DNA from: an uncultured Clostridia bacterium | GTDB lineage: Bacteria; Bacillota; Clostridia; Christensenellales; Borkfalkiaceae | Assembly: GCA_964600525.1 (NCBI GenBank) | Contig: CAZRJY010000001.1 | Coordinates: forward strand, 1-46,506 | Reading direction: 5' to 3' | DNA: 46,506 nucleotides | In this document: in pieces, positions 15,103 through 24,027 of the stretch | Layout: each line of letters starts with the position of its first letter | How positions within the stretch are numbered: position 1 is the stretch's first letter | Notes under the pieces: generated by a model | Databases searched by the model: none | What the model was told of the DNA's origin: nothing | The model's input: only the letters and a program-made list of their open reading frames with translations | Made by a program: the position numbers and the translations under genes

Positions 15103-16354
15103 TATCGGTTTTTACTTCTTCAACCTGAGGATTTTCTGCCGCGGTCACACCGTCTGTATCCGCTTCGGTCGCACCGTCTGTATCCGCCGCGGTCGCACCG
15201 CTCTTCTTTTTGAATATGTTCTTAACGGTTGTTACTATCTTGGTTTTAGCCACGTTCCAGGGCTTCTTCGCTTCCTTTTCGGCGCGCGCCCTCTCTTCCT
15301 CGTCGTTGATATCAGCCTGCGCAAGCAGTCTTTCGGTGTCCTCGGCGCTGTTGTAAAGATGGCACGAGCAGAAATGCCCTTCCTCGATTTCCCTGTACTC
15401 GGGTGCAATGCGGCCGCAGATTTCCATACAGTGCTCGCAGCGCGTGTGGAATTTACAGCCCTTGGGCGGATTGACGGGCGAAGGAATATCGCCCTTTAAC
15501 ATTATTCTGTTCATCTTCACGTGCGGATTGGGCACGGGAACCGCCGAGAAAAGCGCCTTGGTGTAAGGGTGCAGAGTATTATTGAATATCCTATCCTTAC
15601 TGCCGTACTCGACAATGTTGCCGAGATACATTACGCCTACGTCGTCGGATATGTGCTTGACAACCGACAAGTCGTGCGAAATGAATATGTATGTCAGACC
15701 GAGCTTCTCCCTCAGCTCGATAAGCATATTTATAACCTGCGCCTGTATGGATACGTCGAGCGCGGATACCGGCTCGTCGCATACGACAAGCTTGGGTTTA
15801 AGCGCCAAGGCGCGCGCGATACAGATACGCTGTCTTTGTCCGCCCGAGAACTCGTGCGGATAACGCTCGAAATAATGGGGCTGTAAGCCGCACATATTCA
15901 TAACGTTAAGAACGTAATCGTGGAAGCCCGCTCTGTCCACAAGCCCGTGCTGGCGCGCGGACTCGCCGATTATCTCGCCTACCGTAAGGCGGGGCGAAAG
16001 ACTCGCGTACGGGTCCTGGAATATCATCTGCATATTGGGGCGCAGTTTGTCGAACTCGCGGTTTTTGAGCTTAGCCACGTCCTGACCGTCGAATATAATC
16101 TCGCCCTCTACGCCGTCGTACAGTCTTAAAAGCGACCTGCCCATGGTAGATTTGCCGCAGCCCGACTCGCCGACTATGCCGAGGGTTTTGCCCTTGTACA
16201 GCGTGAACGATATGCCATCTACCGCCTTTAAAAACTTGGTCGGTTTGCCGAAAAGGTTGGTTTCGACGGGGAAATATTTCTTTAAATTCTTGACTTCGAG
16301 GAGCGGTTCGCCCGCAGCGGTATTTTCCAATACGACTTCTTCGTTATTGTCCAT
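15086..16354 (-). CDS. oppF: oligopeptide ABC transporter ATP-binding protein OppF-type, with ~90-aa charged/acidic C-terminal tail
   Basis: Walker [10 protein letters not shown], signature FSGGQRQR and Walker B LVVCDEPVSALD are present. The Opp C-terminal Cys motif is present: CKFHTRCEHCMEICG...HFCSCH. It is the second ATPase of an ABCDF-ordered cluster. Confidence 0.9.
   Translation of the reverse strand: MDNNEEVVLENTAAGEPLLEVKNLKKYFPVETNLFGKPTKFLKAVDGISFTLYKGKTLGIVGESGCGKSTMGRSLLRLYDGVEGEIIFDGQDVAKLKNREFDKLRPNMQMIFQDPYASLSPRLTVGEIIGESARQHGLVDRAGFHDYVLNVMNMCGLQPHYFERYPHEFSGGQRQRICIARALALKPKLVVCDEPVSALDVSIQAQVINMLIELREKLGLTYIFISHDLSVVKHISDDVGVMYLGNIVEYGSKDRIFNNTLHPYTKALFSAVPVPNPHVKMNRIMLKGDIPSPVNPPKGCKFHTRCEHCMEICGRIAPEYREIEEGHFCSCHLYNSAEDTERLLAQADINDEEERARAEKEAKKPWNVAKTKIVTTVKNIFKKKSGATAADTDGATEADTDGVTAAENPQVEEVKTDNVEKE
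15143..15200 (-). repeat. 24-nt in-frame tandem repeat (about 2.4 copies) in the oppF C-terminal tail
   Basis: The copies are ggtcacaccgtctgtatccgcttc, ggtcgcaccgtctgtatccgccgc and ggtcgcaccg. They encode ...ADTDGATEADTDGVT... Confidence 0.85.
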
Positions 16355-17645
16355 TGCCGTCCTCCTTCGTATCCTCGTACAGATAGCACGCCACCTTATG
16401 AGTAGGCGACACCTGCACGTAGTCGGGGTATTCGCCCGCGCACTTTTCCTTGCACATTTCGCATCTGTCGCGGAAATAGCAGTAATCGGGCATATTTATG
16501 GGGTTGGGAACAAAGCCCGGTATGCAGTAAAGTTTGTCCACTTCGGCGTCTACCGTCGGCTTGCTCTTTTGAAGTCCTATCGTGTAAGGGTGCATGGGGT
16601 GGTCGAAAATGTCCTCCGCCGTGCCCATTTCGATAACTCTGCCCGCGTACATTACAACAACAAAGTCAGCCATTTCGGCAACTACGCCCAAGTCGTGCGT
16701 AATCAGCATTATCGAACCGTTAATCTTGTGCTTGATGTCCCTTAAAAGGTCGAGTATCTGCGCCTGAATGGTAACGTCTAGCGCGGTCGTAGGCTCGTCG
16801 GCAATAATCAGCTTGGGGTTGCACAAAAGCGCGATTGCTATCATAACCCTCTGGCGCATACCGCCCGAAAGCTCGTGAGGGTATTTTTTGTAAACGCCCT
16901 CCGCATCGGCTATGCCGACCATTTTGAGCATGTTTATGCTGTGCGCCTTTACCTGCTTTTTGGATATGCCTTCTATGTGTAAAAGTCCGACCTCGTCAAG
17001 CTGGTTGCCTATGGTGAACACGGGGTTCAAGGAGGTCATAGGCTCCTGGAAAATCATTGCGATTTCTCTGCCGCGGATTGAGCGCATAGCCTCGGTAGGC
17101 ATCTTTGCGATGTCTACTACTCTGTCCTCCATCTCGTAAACGTTGCCGCCGAGTGAGTTCTTTTTTATTACGGGCTTGCCCTTTTCGTCGAGCTTGGTGC
17201 GCTCCTGTCCGTCTTCGCCGGTTTCGGTTTCGTACACGGGGATTTTCTTGCCGCGCGCGTCGCGCTTGAAAAGACTTGCCTTAAATCTTATTGAGCCGCT
17301 TACAATCTGTCCGCTGGGCGCCTGCACAAGCTGCATTAAGGAAAGCGAAGTTACGCTTTTGCCGCAGCCCGATTCGCCTACCACGCCCACGGTAGAGCCC
17401 GCGGGTATCGAGAAGGTTACGCCGTTTACCGCCTTGACCGTGCCTGCGTCCGAAAAGAAATAGGTGTGAAGGTCGTCGAACTCGATAATGTTGTTGTCGT
17501 CCTTCATTTCGGTCGTGTAGTCGTCGGGCTTGGCGCGGCGCTTCTTCTGCTTTTCGTAGTAGCGGATAGCCTTGGAATTTTCTTTGGCAATTGCGCGCGA
17601 TTCCGAGCGGGATATATAGTGCTTTTTATCCTTGTTTGTCGCCAT
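16344..17645 (-). CDS. oppD: oligopeptide ABC transporter ATP-binding protein OppD-type, with N-terminal extension and internal ~50-aa insert
   Basis: Walker [13 protein letters not shown]-loop AMIFQEP, signature LSGGMRQR and Walker [13 protein letters not shown] are present. The C-terminal Cys motif is [14 protein letters not shown]...KVACYL. There is an extra ~52 aa at the N-terminus and an insert at about 17124-17276. Confidence 0.9.
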   Translation of the reverse strand: MATNKDKKHYISRSESRAIAKENSKAIRYYEKQKKRRAKPDDYTTEMKDDNNIIEFDDLHTYFFSDAGTVKAVNGVTFSIPAGSTVGVVGESGCGKSVTSLSLMQLVQAPSGQIVSGSIRFKASLFKRDARGKKIPVYETETGEDGQERTKLDEKGKPVIKKNSLGGNVYEMEDRVVDIAKMPTEAMRSIRGREIAMIFQEPMTSLNPVFTIGNQLDEVGLLHIEGISKKQVKAHSINMLKMVGIADAEGVYKKYPHELSGGMRQRVMIAIALLCNPKLIIADEPTTALDVTIQAQILDLLRDIKHKINGSIMLITHDLGVVAEMADFVVVMYAGRVIEMGTAEDIFDHPMHPYTIGLQKSKPTVDAEVDKLYCIPGFVPNPINMPDYCYFRDRCEMCKEKCAGEYPDYVQVSPTHKVACYLYEDTKEDGNGQ

Positions 17646-17647
17646 AA

Positions 17648-18763
17648 TTACCTCTTCATCTTAGGGTCGAAGGCGTCGCGCAAGCCGTCCCCGACAAAGT
17701 TAAACGCCAGTATGGCAAGCGTTATGCACACGCCCGCGCCCACCCACAGATTGGGATAGTACTGCCTGTACGTGTTGTTGCTTGCAAGGTTTATAAGGTT
17801 GCCCCAGGTAGCCGTGCCGTAGGGCGCGCCGATGTTCAAGAAGCCCAGCGTCGCTTCGGTCAGAATTATACTGCCTAAGCCCAAAGTCATAGATACGATA
17901 AGCTGGGGTATTACGTTGGGCATAAGGTGCTTGAATATTTTCGAGAAGGTCGAAAGTCCCGAAGCCTTGGCGGCAAGCATGAACTCCTGCTCGCGCAAAG
18001 ACAAAATCTGTCCGCGCACAAGCCTTGCCGTTCCTACCCAGCCGATTAGACAGAGCACCATCATCATATAATACAGCTTTGCTATGCTGTCGCCCAAGCC
18101 GCATGCGGTGAAGATTACCGACAGAATAAGCATTATGGGAAGCGACGGTATACAGCTTAAAATATCGACTATACGCATTATAAGGTTGTCTACCCACTTG
18201 CCGAAATAGCCCGCAAGACCGCCCATTACAACGCCGATAAGCGTTTCGATTATAACGACTACGAAGCCGATTGTAAGCGAAACTCTGCCGCCGTACATAA
18301 GGCGCGTAAGCACGTCGTAGCCCATATCGTCGGTGCCCATCCAGTGCGCCGCGCTGATGTCGCCCATCTTAACCACCTGCGGAAGTCTTACCGACACCGC
18401 AAGCGCGTTGTGCGCCTCGTCGCCTATGTAGTATTTTATGGGCGACACCGAAATAAGTTCCTTTATGCGCGAAGGGTCGCTGTCCAGCTTGGTGCCGCCG
18501 TTAGCCGCCCAGGGCGAGAAAACCGGTCCCAAAAACGCGAACAGGAACAATAATACTATGGTCACAAGTCCGATAACGGACAGCTTGGAACGGAAAAATC
18601 TCTTTAAAACGGTCATCCAGGGCGAAAGCACCTTTGCCCTTTCGGTAAGGTTTTCGCCGTGCAAATCGTCGCCGCCGACCTGCGCGTCGTTCGCTACGGT
18701 CGTCTCGGTGATTGTTGCGTTCTCGTCCGCCAATACTTCGGCTTCGGTATTCTTATCTTCCAT
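17648..18763 (-). CDS. oppC: oligopeptide ABC transporter permease OppC-type with acidic N-terminal extension
   Basis: 371-aa polytopic ORF. It carries an EAA-type loop, QEFMLAAKASGLSTFSKIFKHLMPN, typical of OppC/DppC. An AAGGAGG RBS is present. Confidence 0.9.
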   Translation of the reverse strand: MEDKNTEAEVLADENATITETTVANDAQVGGDDLHGENLTERAKVLSPWMTVLKRFFRSKLSVIGLVTIVLLFLFAFLGPVFSPWAANGGTKLDSDPSRIKELISVSPIKYYIGDEAHNALAVSVRLPQVVKMGDISAAHWMGTDDMGYDVLTRLMYGGRVSLTIGFVVVIIETLIGVVMGGLAGYFGKWVDNLIMRIVDILSCIPSLPIMLILSVIFTACGLGDSIAKLYYMMMVLCLIGWVGTARLVRGQILSLREQEFMLAAKASGLSTFSKIFKHLMPNVIPQLIVSMTLGLGSIILTEATLGFLNIGAPYGTATWGNLINLASNNTYRQYYPNLWVGAGVCITLAILAFNFVGDGLRDAFDPKMKR

Positions 18764-18775
18764 ACGCTGCCTCCT

Positions 18776-19786
18776 TTACTTGCCGAGCTTGACCCTGGGG
18801 TCGACTACCGCGTACATAATATCGGCGAACAGAACGCCGATAACCGTGAGCACGGCAAGGAACATATTGTAGCCCATTGCAAGGAACACGTCGCCGCTCA
18901 AAAGCGCTTTGTATGCAATGTTGCCGATACCGGGCAGGTCGAACACCTGCTCGGTTATCATTGCGCCGCCGAACAGCGTCGGAAGCGTGAACGACAACTG
19001 GGTTACAAGGGGTATCATAGTGTTGCGGAAAACGTGCTTGTATACGACCTTTCCTTCCGAAAGACCTTTTGCGCGCGCCGTTCTTATGTAGTCGGCGTTG
19101 AGCACTTCGAGAGTGTTCGTACGCGTATAGCGCATAAGTCCGCCGATGCTTAAAAGCACCATAACCGTCATGGGAAGAATGAGGTGCCAGATTTTATCGA
19201 TGAAAATCTCGAACTCCGTTCCCATTACACCGCTGGTTAAGCCGTGCGTTTCGAACCAGCCCAAATCGACCGCAAACCATTTGATAAACAGGTTGCCGAG
19301 GAAGAAGGACGGGAATGCTATGCCGACCATGCAGAGTACGGTTGCCACGTAGTCGAGCTTGCCGTACTGGTTGACCGCGCACTTTACGCCGAGGGGAATT
19401 GCAATTGCCATTTCCAGAAGCAAAGCCACGAACGAAATGCCGAACGACAGCCACATATACTGTCCGATAACGTTCTGCACGGGTGCGCCCTGGTGCTGGA
19501 AGGATATGCCCATATCGCCCTGCAAGAACCTGCCGAGCCACATAAAGTAGCCCTTGAATATTCCCCAGGCGGAGTCGTCTTCCAACCCGTAGGGCGCAAG
19601 CTGTTCCCTAAGCAGTCTTTCCGCTTCCTCATCGCTGTCGATGGGGTCGTAGTTAGCTCGCAACGACACAAACTGGTCCTTCAAATAGTTGGCGGGCATA
19701 CACCTTATGAGAACATATAATATTACCGATACGCCGAACAGAATAAGAAGCGCCAGCAGTAATCTTTTGATTATATATTTAACCAT
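18776..19786 (-). CDS. oppB: oligopeptide ABC transporter permease OppB-type
   Basis: 336-aa ORF. The N-terminus MVKYIIKRLLLALLILFGVSVI and the EAA loop ADYIRTARAKGLSEGKVVYKHVFRN are typical of OppB/DppB. Confidence 0.9.
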   Translation of the reverse strand: MVKYIIKRLLLALLILFGVSVILYVLIRCMPANYLKDQFVSLRANYDPIDSDEEAERLLREQLAPYGLEDDSAWGIFKGYFMWLGRFLQGDMGISFQHQGAPVQNVIGQYMWLSFGISFVALLLEMAIAIPLGVKCAVNQYGKLDYVATVLCMVGIAFPSFFLGNLFIKWFAVDLGWFETHGLTSGVMGTEFEIFIDKIWHLILPMTVMVLLSIGGLMRYTRTNTLEVLNADYIRTARAKGLSEGKVVYKHVFRNTMIPLVTQLSFTLPTLFGGAMITEQVFDLPGIGNIAYKALLSGDVFLAMGYNMFLAVLTVIGVLFADIMYAVVDPRVKLGK

Positions 19787-19810
19787 CTTTTACTCCGAAG
19801 AGATTTTTAT

Positions 19811-22480
19811 TTATTTAACGTAGTTCAACTTCCAAAGTTCGCTGATAGGTCCCATATTGTAGGAGGGTTCCGCAGTCATAGTGCTTCTGTCGAGAACGCC
19901 CTTTCTGAATATGCACAAATCGTTACGCTGATAGGTGGGGAATTCAACCGCAAGCTCCATTATAAGGTCGAGTGCGCCGCCGTCGCCGCCGTATATGTTC
20001 GAACGCGTACGTTCGTTAAGCGTCTGTCTGCCTTCGATAATCTTCTGGTTTAAACGGGTTGCAATATCGTACTCCTTGGCAAACTTATCGGGGTTGTTGA
20101 TTATGCCGTCCTTGTTCCAGTTGTTGGTGCTCGACGCTCTGGAATTGATACTGTAAATCTGGTAAGGGTCGGGGTCGATACTCGACGACCAAGCCGCCGC
20201 CCATACTTGAAGTTTACCCGAAACAAGCTTTGTAAGCGCCTGAGGGTCGTTACCTACCGAAATGTTGAAGCCCGCTTCTTCCAGGAAGTTCTTGGCATAG
20301 GTGAACATTGCGTATGCGGGGTGGTCGGTAGATTCGCCCGCGATTACGAAGCTGTAACTGAGATTTTGTTTTGCGCCGTTCTTATACCAGCCGTCAGACC
20401 TCTTTTCCCATACGCCGTTGCTGTCCGACTCGATAAAGTCTATAAGCTCGTCGGCGGTTGCCGCAGGCTCGTAATAAGGAGTTTCCTGCTTGCTTCTGTG
20501 TCCGTAAGCCGGATTCCATACCCAGGACGTAAGCGTCATAGGTCTGTTGATTATGTTTACAAGCGAATCGCCGTAGTATTCCAAAAGCGCCGAGGTGTCG
20601 AAAGACTTCATTATAGCGCGCCTTATGGTTATATCCTCGATGTACCTGGGGTTGATACCGATATAGCCGTAGCCGCCCGTTTCGTAAGTGATATGCTCGA
20701 ACTTGTCGGGGCTGAACGCAGCCTGGTTATCCGACTTTGCGGTAGGCTCGCCGTAGTCGATTTCGCCCGTTTTAAGCGAGTTTACTATCTGGTCGTCGCT
20801 TGTTACCTTGTAGGTTACGTATTTGATTTTAGCGTTCTCTACCTGCTTGCCCATCGTCTCGAAATAGGGGTTCCTCTCGAAGAACGCCATATAGTTGTAC
20901 CAGAAATTGTCGTGGGTTACGCCCGTAGAGCTGTAATTGTAGGTGCAGCATCTGTAAGCACCGGCGCCCACGGGAACGCCGTTTTTGCTGCCCGCGGAAA
21001 GCACGGTGGACGAGAAGCCGCTGTCCCTGTACTTAACGCCGAAGTTTCTTGCGTCCGGGGTGTAAACAACGCCGCTTTCGTAGTCGTCCATAGCCAGCTT
21101 GACGTAGTCTACTCCGTCATAAGTGCCCGAATAATAGTGCATGGGCGCTACCGCGAAGCCGAAGTTCCACTTTGCCTTGGGGTCTACGCCGACGATTTCA
21201 ATCTTTAAAATGTCGTGTTCCTCGTCGTAGGTCTTGCCGTTGAACTCTTTGGAGTGCGAAACGGTTATACCCGAGATATTGTTTATACGCTGTGCGTCGG
21301 TTTCGTTTTCCTTTGTCTGCTCGTCCTTAATAAACTCGCTTAACGCGGTGCCCGACGTAGCGTTGTAGGTGAGAATGTTGTGGATATTCGAATCAATCGT
21401 ATTGCTGTTATACAGATACTTTACCGCATAATCCTTTGTAACGGCAAGCTTTGCATTCTCTCTGCTCGTGCCGGGGTTGTTTGCGATATATTCGTCAATC
21501 TTTGCGTCGGTAATATTCTCGGCAACGTCGTTGAGTATTCTCTGTCCGCGCTGAGTAACTACGCCCGTTTCGTAATTGGGGTCGATTTCGGTGGGATACT
21601 TGCCGTTGTCGTCCTTAAAGCGCACAGGTATGCCGTTGTCGTTGAGCTTGGTCTGCTCGCCGAAAACCTGCTCCATGAAATAGTACGCCTGCCAGACTTC
21701 GGTGAAATAATAGTCCTTATAGGTTTCCGCCCAGCTTGTCGCAATAGCGTTCCAGTCGGTGGTGAGCTCTTCTTCATAGAGCTTCTTTACCTTTGCAAGG
21801 TCCTCTTTCTGAGCGGCGGAAAGCTCGCCCTGCGTAGTGCCGTTAGACCAGCGTATAAGCGCGTCGATACGGCTCTTTGCCGCTGCGTAATACTTGGTCA
21901 TGGAAATGTCGGAATCCTCGCTTGCGCCCTCTTTATTCTGTCTGTACGACTGCAAGCCCTTTATTTTGGTCGAATAAATGGTACTCGAACCGCTGTAAAG
22001 AGGGTCGAGATATACGTAAAGGTTAAACAGTACGTCCATAACCGTGAGGTCTACGCCGTCGGAGAACTTCATACCTTTCTTTATTAAGAACTCGTATGTA
22101 GTACTGCCCTCGATGTCCACCGAGCTTTCGTTGAAATCGACGCTCGAACCGTCGCCCGTACCAAGCTTAACACCCGCCTTGTTGTAGTAGGTTTCCAGAT
22201 AATCGAGCGCAACCGTAGGCTGGTTTTCGCCGACTACAAGCTTACCGTCCTCGTTGGTGGTGATAAGCGATACCTGGGTAAGTCCCGCAATCGTACCGTC
22301 GTTCATCGAGGTGTAGAACAGGGGATTGAATTTTTCGTCGCACGCGCCTATCGAAAGCCTTAAAGGTGATTTCTCGGGGTCGCGGCCCGAATTCTTTTTA
22401 CACGCCGCCGCACAAAGCGTGCCCGCCGCGAGCGCGCCCGCAAGTCCCGTGCATAAAAGTGCTTTAAATATCTTTTTCAC
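19811..22480 (-). CDS. oppA: ABC transporter substrate-binding lipoprotein, family 5 (OppA/DppA-type), expanded to 889 aa
   Basis: GTG start with an AAGGAGGA RBS. Signal peptide plus lipobox: LAAGTLCAAAC. SBP_bac_5-like segments are present (KKGMKFSDGVDLTVMDVLFNLYVYLDP; ISGITV...ILKIEIVGVDPKAKWNFGFAVAPMHYY). A ~220-aa insert lies between them (about 21281-21943). Confidence 0.85.
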   Translation of the reverse strand: MKKIFKALLCTGLAGALAAGTLCAAACKKNSGRDPEKSPLRLSIGACDEKFNPLFYTSMNDGTIAGLTQVSLITTNEDGKLVVGENQPTVALDYLETYYNKAGVKLGTGDGSSVDFNESSVDIEGSTTYEFLIKKGMKFSDGVDLTVMDVLFNLYVYLDPLYSGSSTIYSTKIKGLQSYRQNKEGASEDSDISMTKYYAAAKSRIDALIRWSNGTTQGELSAAQKEDLAKVKKLYEEELTTDWNAIATSWAETYKDYYFTEVWQAYYFMEQVFGEQTKLNDNGIPVRFKDDNGKYPTEIDPNYETGVVTQRGQRILNDVAENITDAKIDEYIANNPGTSRENAKLAVTKDYAVKYLYNSNTIDSNIHNILTYNATSGTALSEFIKDEQTKENETDAQRINNISGITVSHSKEFNGKTYDEEHDILKIEIVGVDPKAKWNFGFAVAPMHYYSGTYDGVDYVKLAMDDYESGVVYTPDARNFGVKYRDSGFSSTVLSAGSKNGVPVGAGAYRCCTYNYSSTGVTHDNFWYNYMAFFERNPYFETMGKQVENAKIKYVTYKVTSDDQIVNSLKTGEIDYGEPTAKSDNQAAFSPDKFEHITYETGGYGYIGINPRYIEDITIRRAIMKSFDTSALLEYYGDSLVNIINRPMTLTSWVWNPAYGHRSKQETPYYEPAATADELIDFIESDSNGVWEKRSDGWYKNGAKQNLSYSFVIAGESTDHPAYAMFTYAKNFLEEAGFNISVGNDPQALTKLVSGKLQVWAAAWSSSIDPDPYQIYSINSRASSTNNWNKDGIINNPDKFAKEYDIATRLNQKIIEGRQTLNERTRSNIYGGDGGALDLIMELAVEFPTYQRNDLCIFRKGVLDRSTMTAEPSYNMGPISELWKLNYVK

Positions 22481-22515
22481 AATCGTCCTCCTTGAAAAAG
22501 TGTTTAGTCTTTATA

Positions 22516-24027
22516 TTAAGATTGCTCTTCCTGTAACTTGGTAAATGTGTTGGTTCCGCTCAGCTTAACGCCCGTAAACTGCGCAAGGAACGCCTCGTCG
22601 CTCGCCGCGCCGCCGAACAGCCAGTTGCTGCGGTCGTCGCCGATAGCGTTATGGATTGTGGGCGTGCCCTGATAGGTTGCGGTAACGTTTTCTATCTTCA
22701 AATCCAAATTTGCCGCCGCCGCTTTTACCTCGGCGCTGATTGCATAGAATTCGAACGAAGTATTACTGATAGGTATGGTGATTTTTATGTCTTTAAGCGT
22801 TAAGCCCGAAACGCTGAACTGCTCGCTTACCGTGCCGAGCATCGAATAGCACAGACCCTGCTTGGGCGTGGGCACGTTTACGGTAAGTCCGCTTATGGTG
22901 TGGGGCTTATCGCATACTATCGTCGCGTTTGCCGCCCTCGTCGTCTTTTCCTTTGCGTTGAGCGCGGCCGTCGTACCGTATTCTATATCGTTTATGACAA
23001 AGAATTTTTTCGGAGTGCGCGCGTTGAGCGAGCCGAACATGCTTTCCGCGTCCGCCGCCGTCCTTACCACCGTCCAGTCGCCCACGATATAGTGGCAGTA
23101 AACTCTGGGGTTTTCGGCGTCGGGGTCGGTGGGTCTGGGAATATAATTCAATCCCTCGCTTAAATCGGCGTTCAGCGTCTTTACGAAGGTCAGTCCGTTT
23201 ATCTTTACCTGCTCGTTACTCTGCGGAGTTTCACCGTCGTCGGCGATGGGGAAGGATACAAGCACACTGCCGTGTTTAAAGGTCGATTTACCGTCCTCCG
23301 AGGTATATTCAGTACCGTCGTCCAGAACGTTGCCCTTTTCGTCGGTTATTCTCAGATGGTATTCTATCTCCTTCTTGGGCAACCAGCGCGCACACACGAT
23401 AAGTCCGTGCGCGTCGTCGATATTTTTCTCGATTTTCGTGCCGCCGGTAACTCTTTTATCCGAACAGACTATCGTAACGTCCTTTTCGAGTATCTTTTCG
23501 TCTACAAGCTCGCCCTGCGCGTTTTCCCTTGCGAATACGGGGCGGTCGGTCTTGGAGTCGGTTACGGGGTAGCCGTTCGCTTTGAGAACGGGGAACACCC
23601 TGACGGTGATATTGTCGGGATTTTTTTCGTCGAACTTCTCCGCAGGCTTGGACGCATCGTTTTCGTCGGGCGTATAAGTGTACTCATACATGATTTCGCC
23701 CGCGTGGGCGCCGCCCTCGGGATAAGTTGCAGGCTCGTACCAGCCCTCAAAGTCCCACGAGCCGCGCTGCACCTTCATACCTCTGCTCTTTTCGGTAATT
23801 TCAAAGAAGGGCACGCCGCCGTCTTCGCTCTTAAAGTAAATTTCCCTTACTTTCAGCGAGGTGGAAGTGTCGAAATATCCGCCGTTCGAATAGTAAGTTA
23901 CGTGCGTGTCGTAACCCGCGAGCAATGAGCTGCGCCCCGGTCTGCCTATCTTACAGCCGACAAGAGTGCAGGCAAGACACGCCGCCGCAAATACTATTAG
24001 CAAGTAAACCTTTAATCTCTTAGTCAT
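22516..24027 (-). CDS. lipoprotein, function unknown (tentative Listeria-Bacteroides/InlB B-repeat-like segment)
   Basis: 503-aa ORF. Signal peptide plus lipobox: LIVFAAACLACTLVGC. The segment THVTYYSNGGYF...RGSWDFEGWYEP resembles the B-repeat pattern ending in GY.F.GWY. Its start overlaps the stop of the S8 giant gene (ATGACTAA). Confidence 0.85.
   Translation of the reverse strand: MTKRLKVYLLIVFAAACLACTLVGCKIGRPGRSSLLAGYDTHVTYYSNGGYFDTSTSLKVREIYFKSEDGGVPFFEITEKSRGMKVQRGSWDFEGWYEPATYPEGGAHAGEIMYEYTYTPDENDASKPAEKFDEKNPDNITVRVFPVLKANGYPVTDSKTDRPVFARENAQGELVDEKILEKDVTIVCSDKRVTGGTKIEKNIDDAHGLIVCARWLPKKEIEYHLRITDEKGNVLDDGTEYTSEDGKSTFKHGSVLVSFPIADDGETPQSNEQVKINGLTFVKTLNADLSEGLNYIPRPTDPDAENPRVYCHYIVGDWTVVRTAADAESMFGSLNARTPKKFFVINDIEYGTTAALNAKEKTTRAANATIVCDKPHTISGLTVNVPTPKQGLCYSMLGTVSEQFSVSGLTLKDIKITIPISNTSFEFYAISAEVKAAAANLDLKIENVTATYQGTPTIHNAIGDDRSNWLFGGAASDEAFLAQFTGVKLSGTNTFTKLQEEQS

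Noticed and set aside
20207-21208. 333-aa plus-strand ORF inside oppA, with similar ORFs at 21380..22087 and 23272..23928
   Set aside because: It lies entirely antisense to a well-supported family-5 SBP gene. Its composition is Arg/Val/Ala-rich, as expected from reading GC-biased codons backwards. It has no RBS and no recognisable motif. It is a typical shadow ORF.
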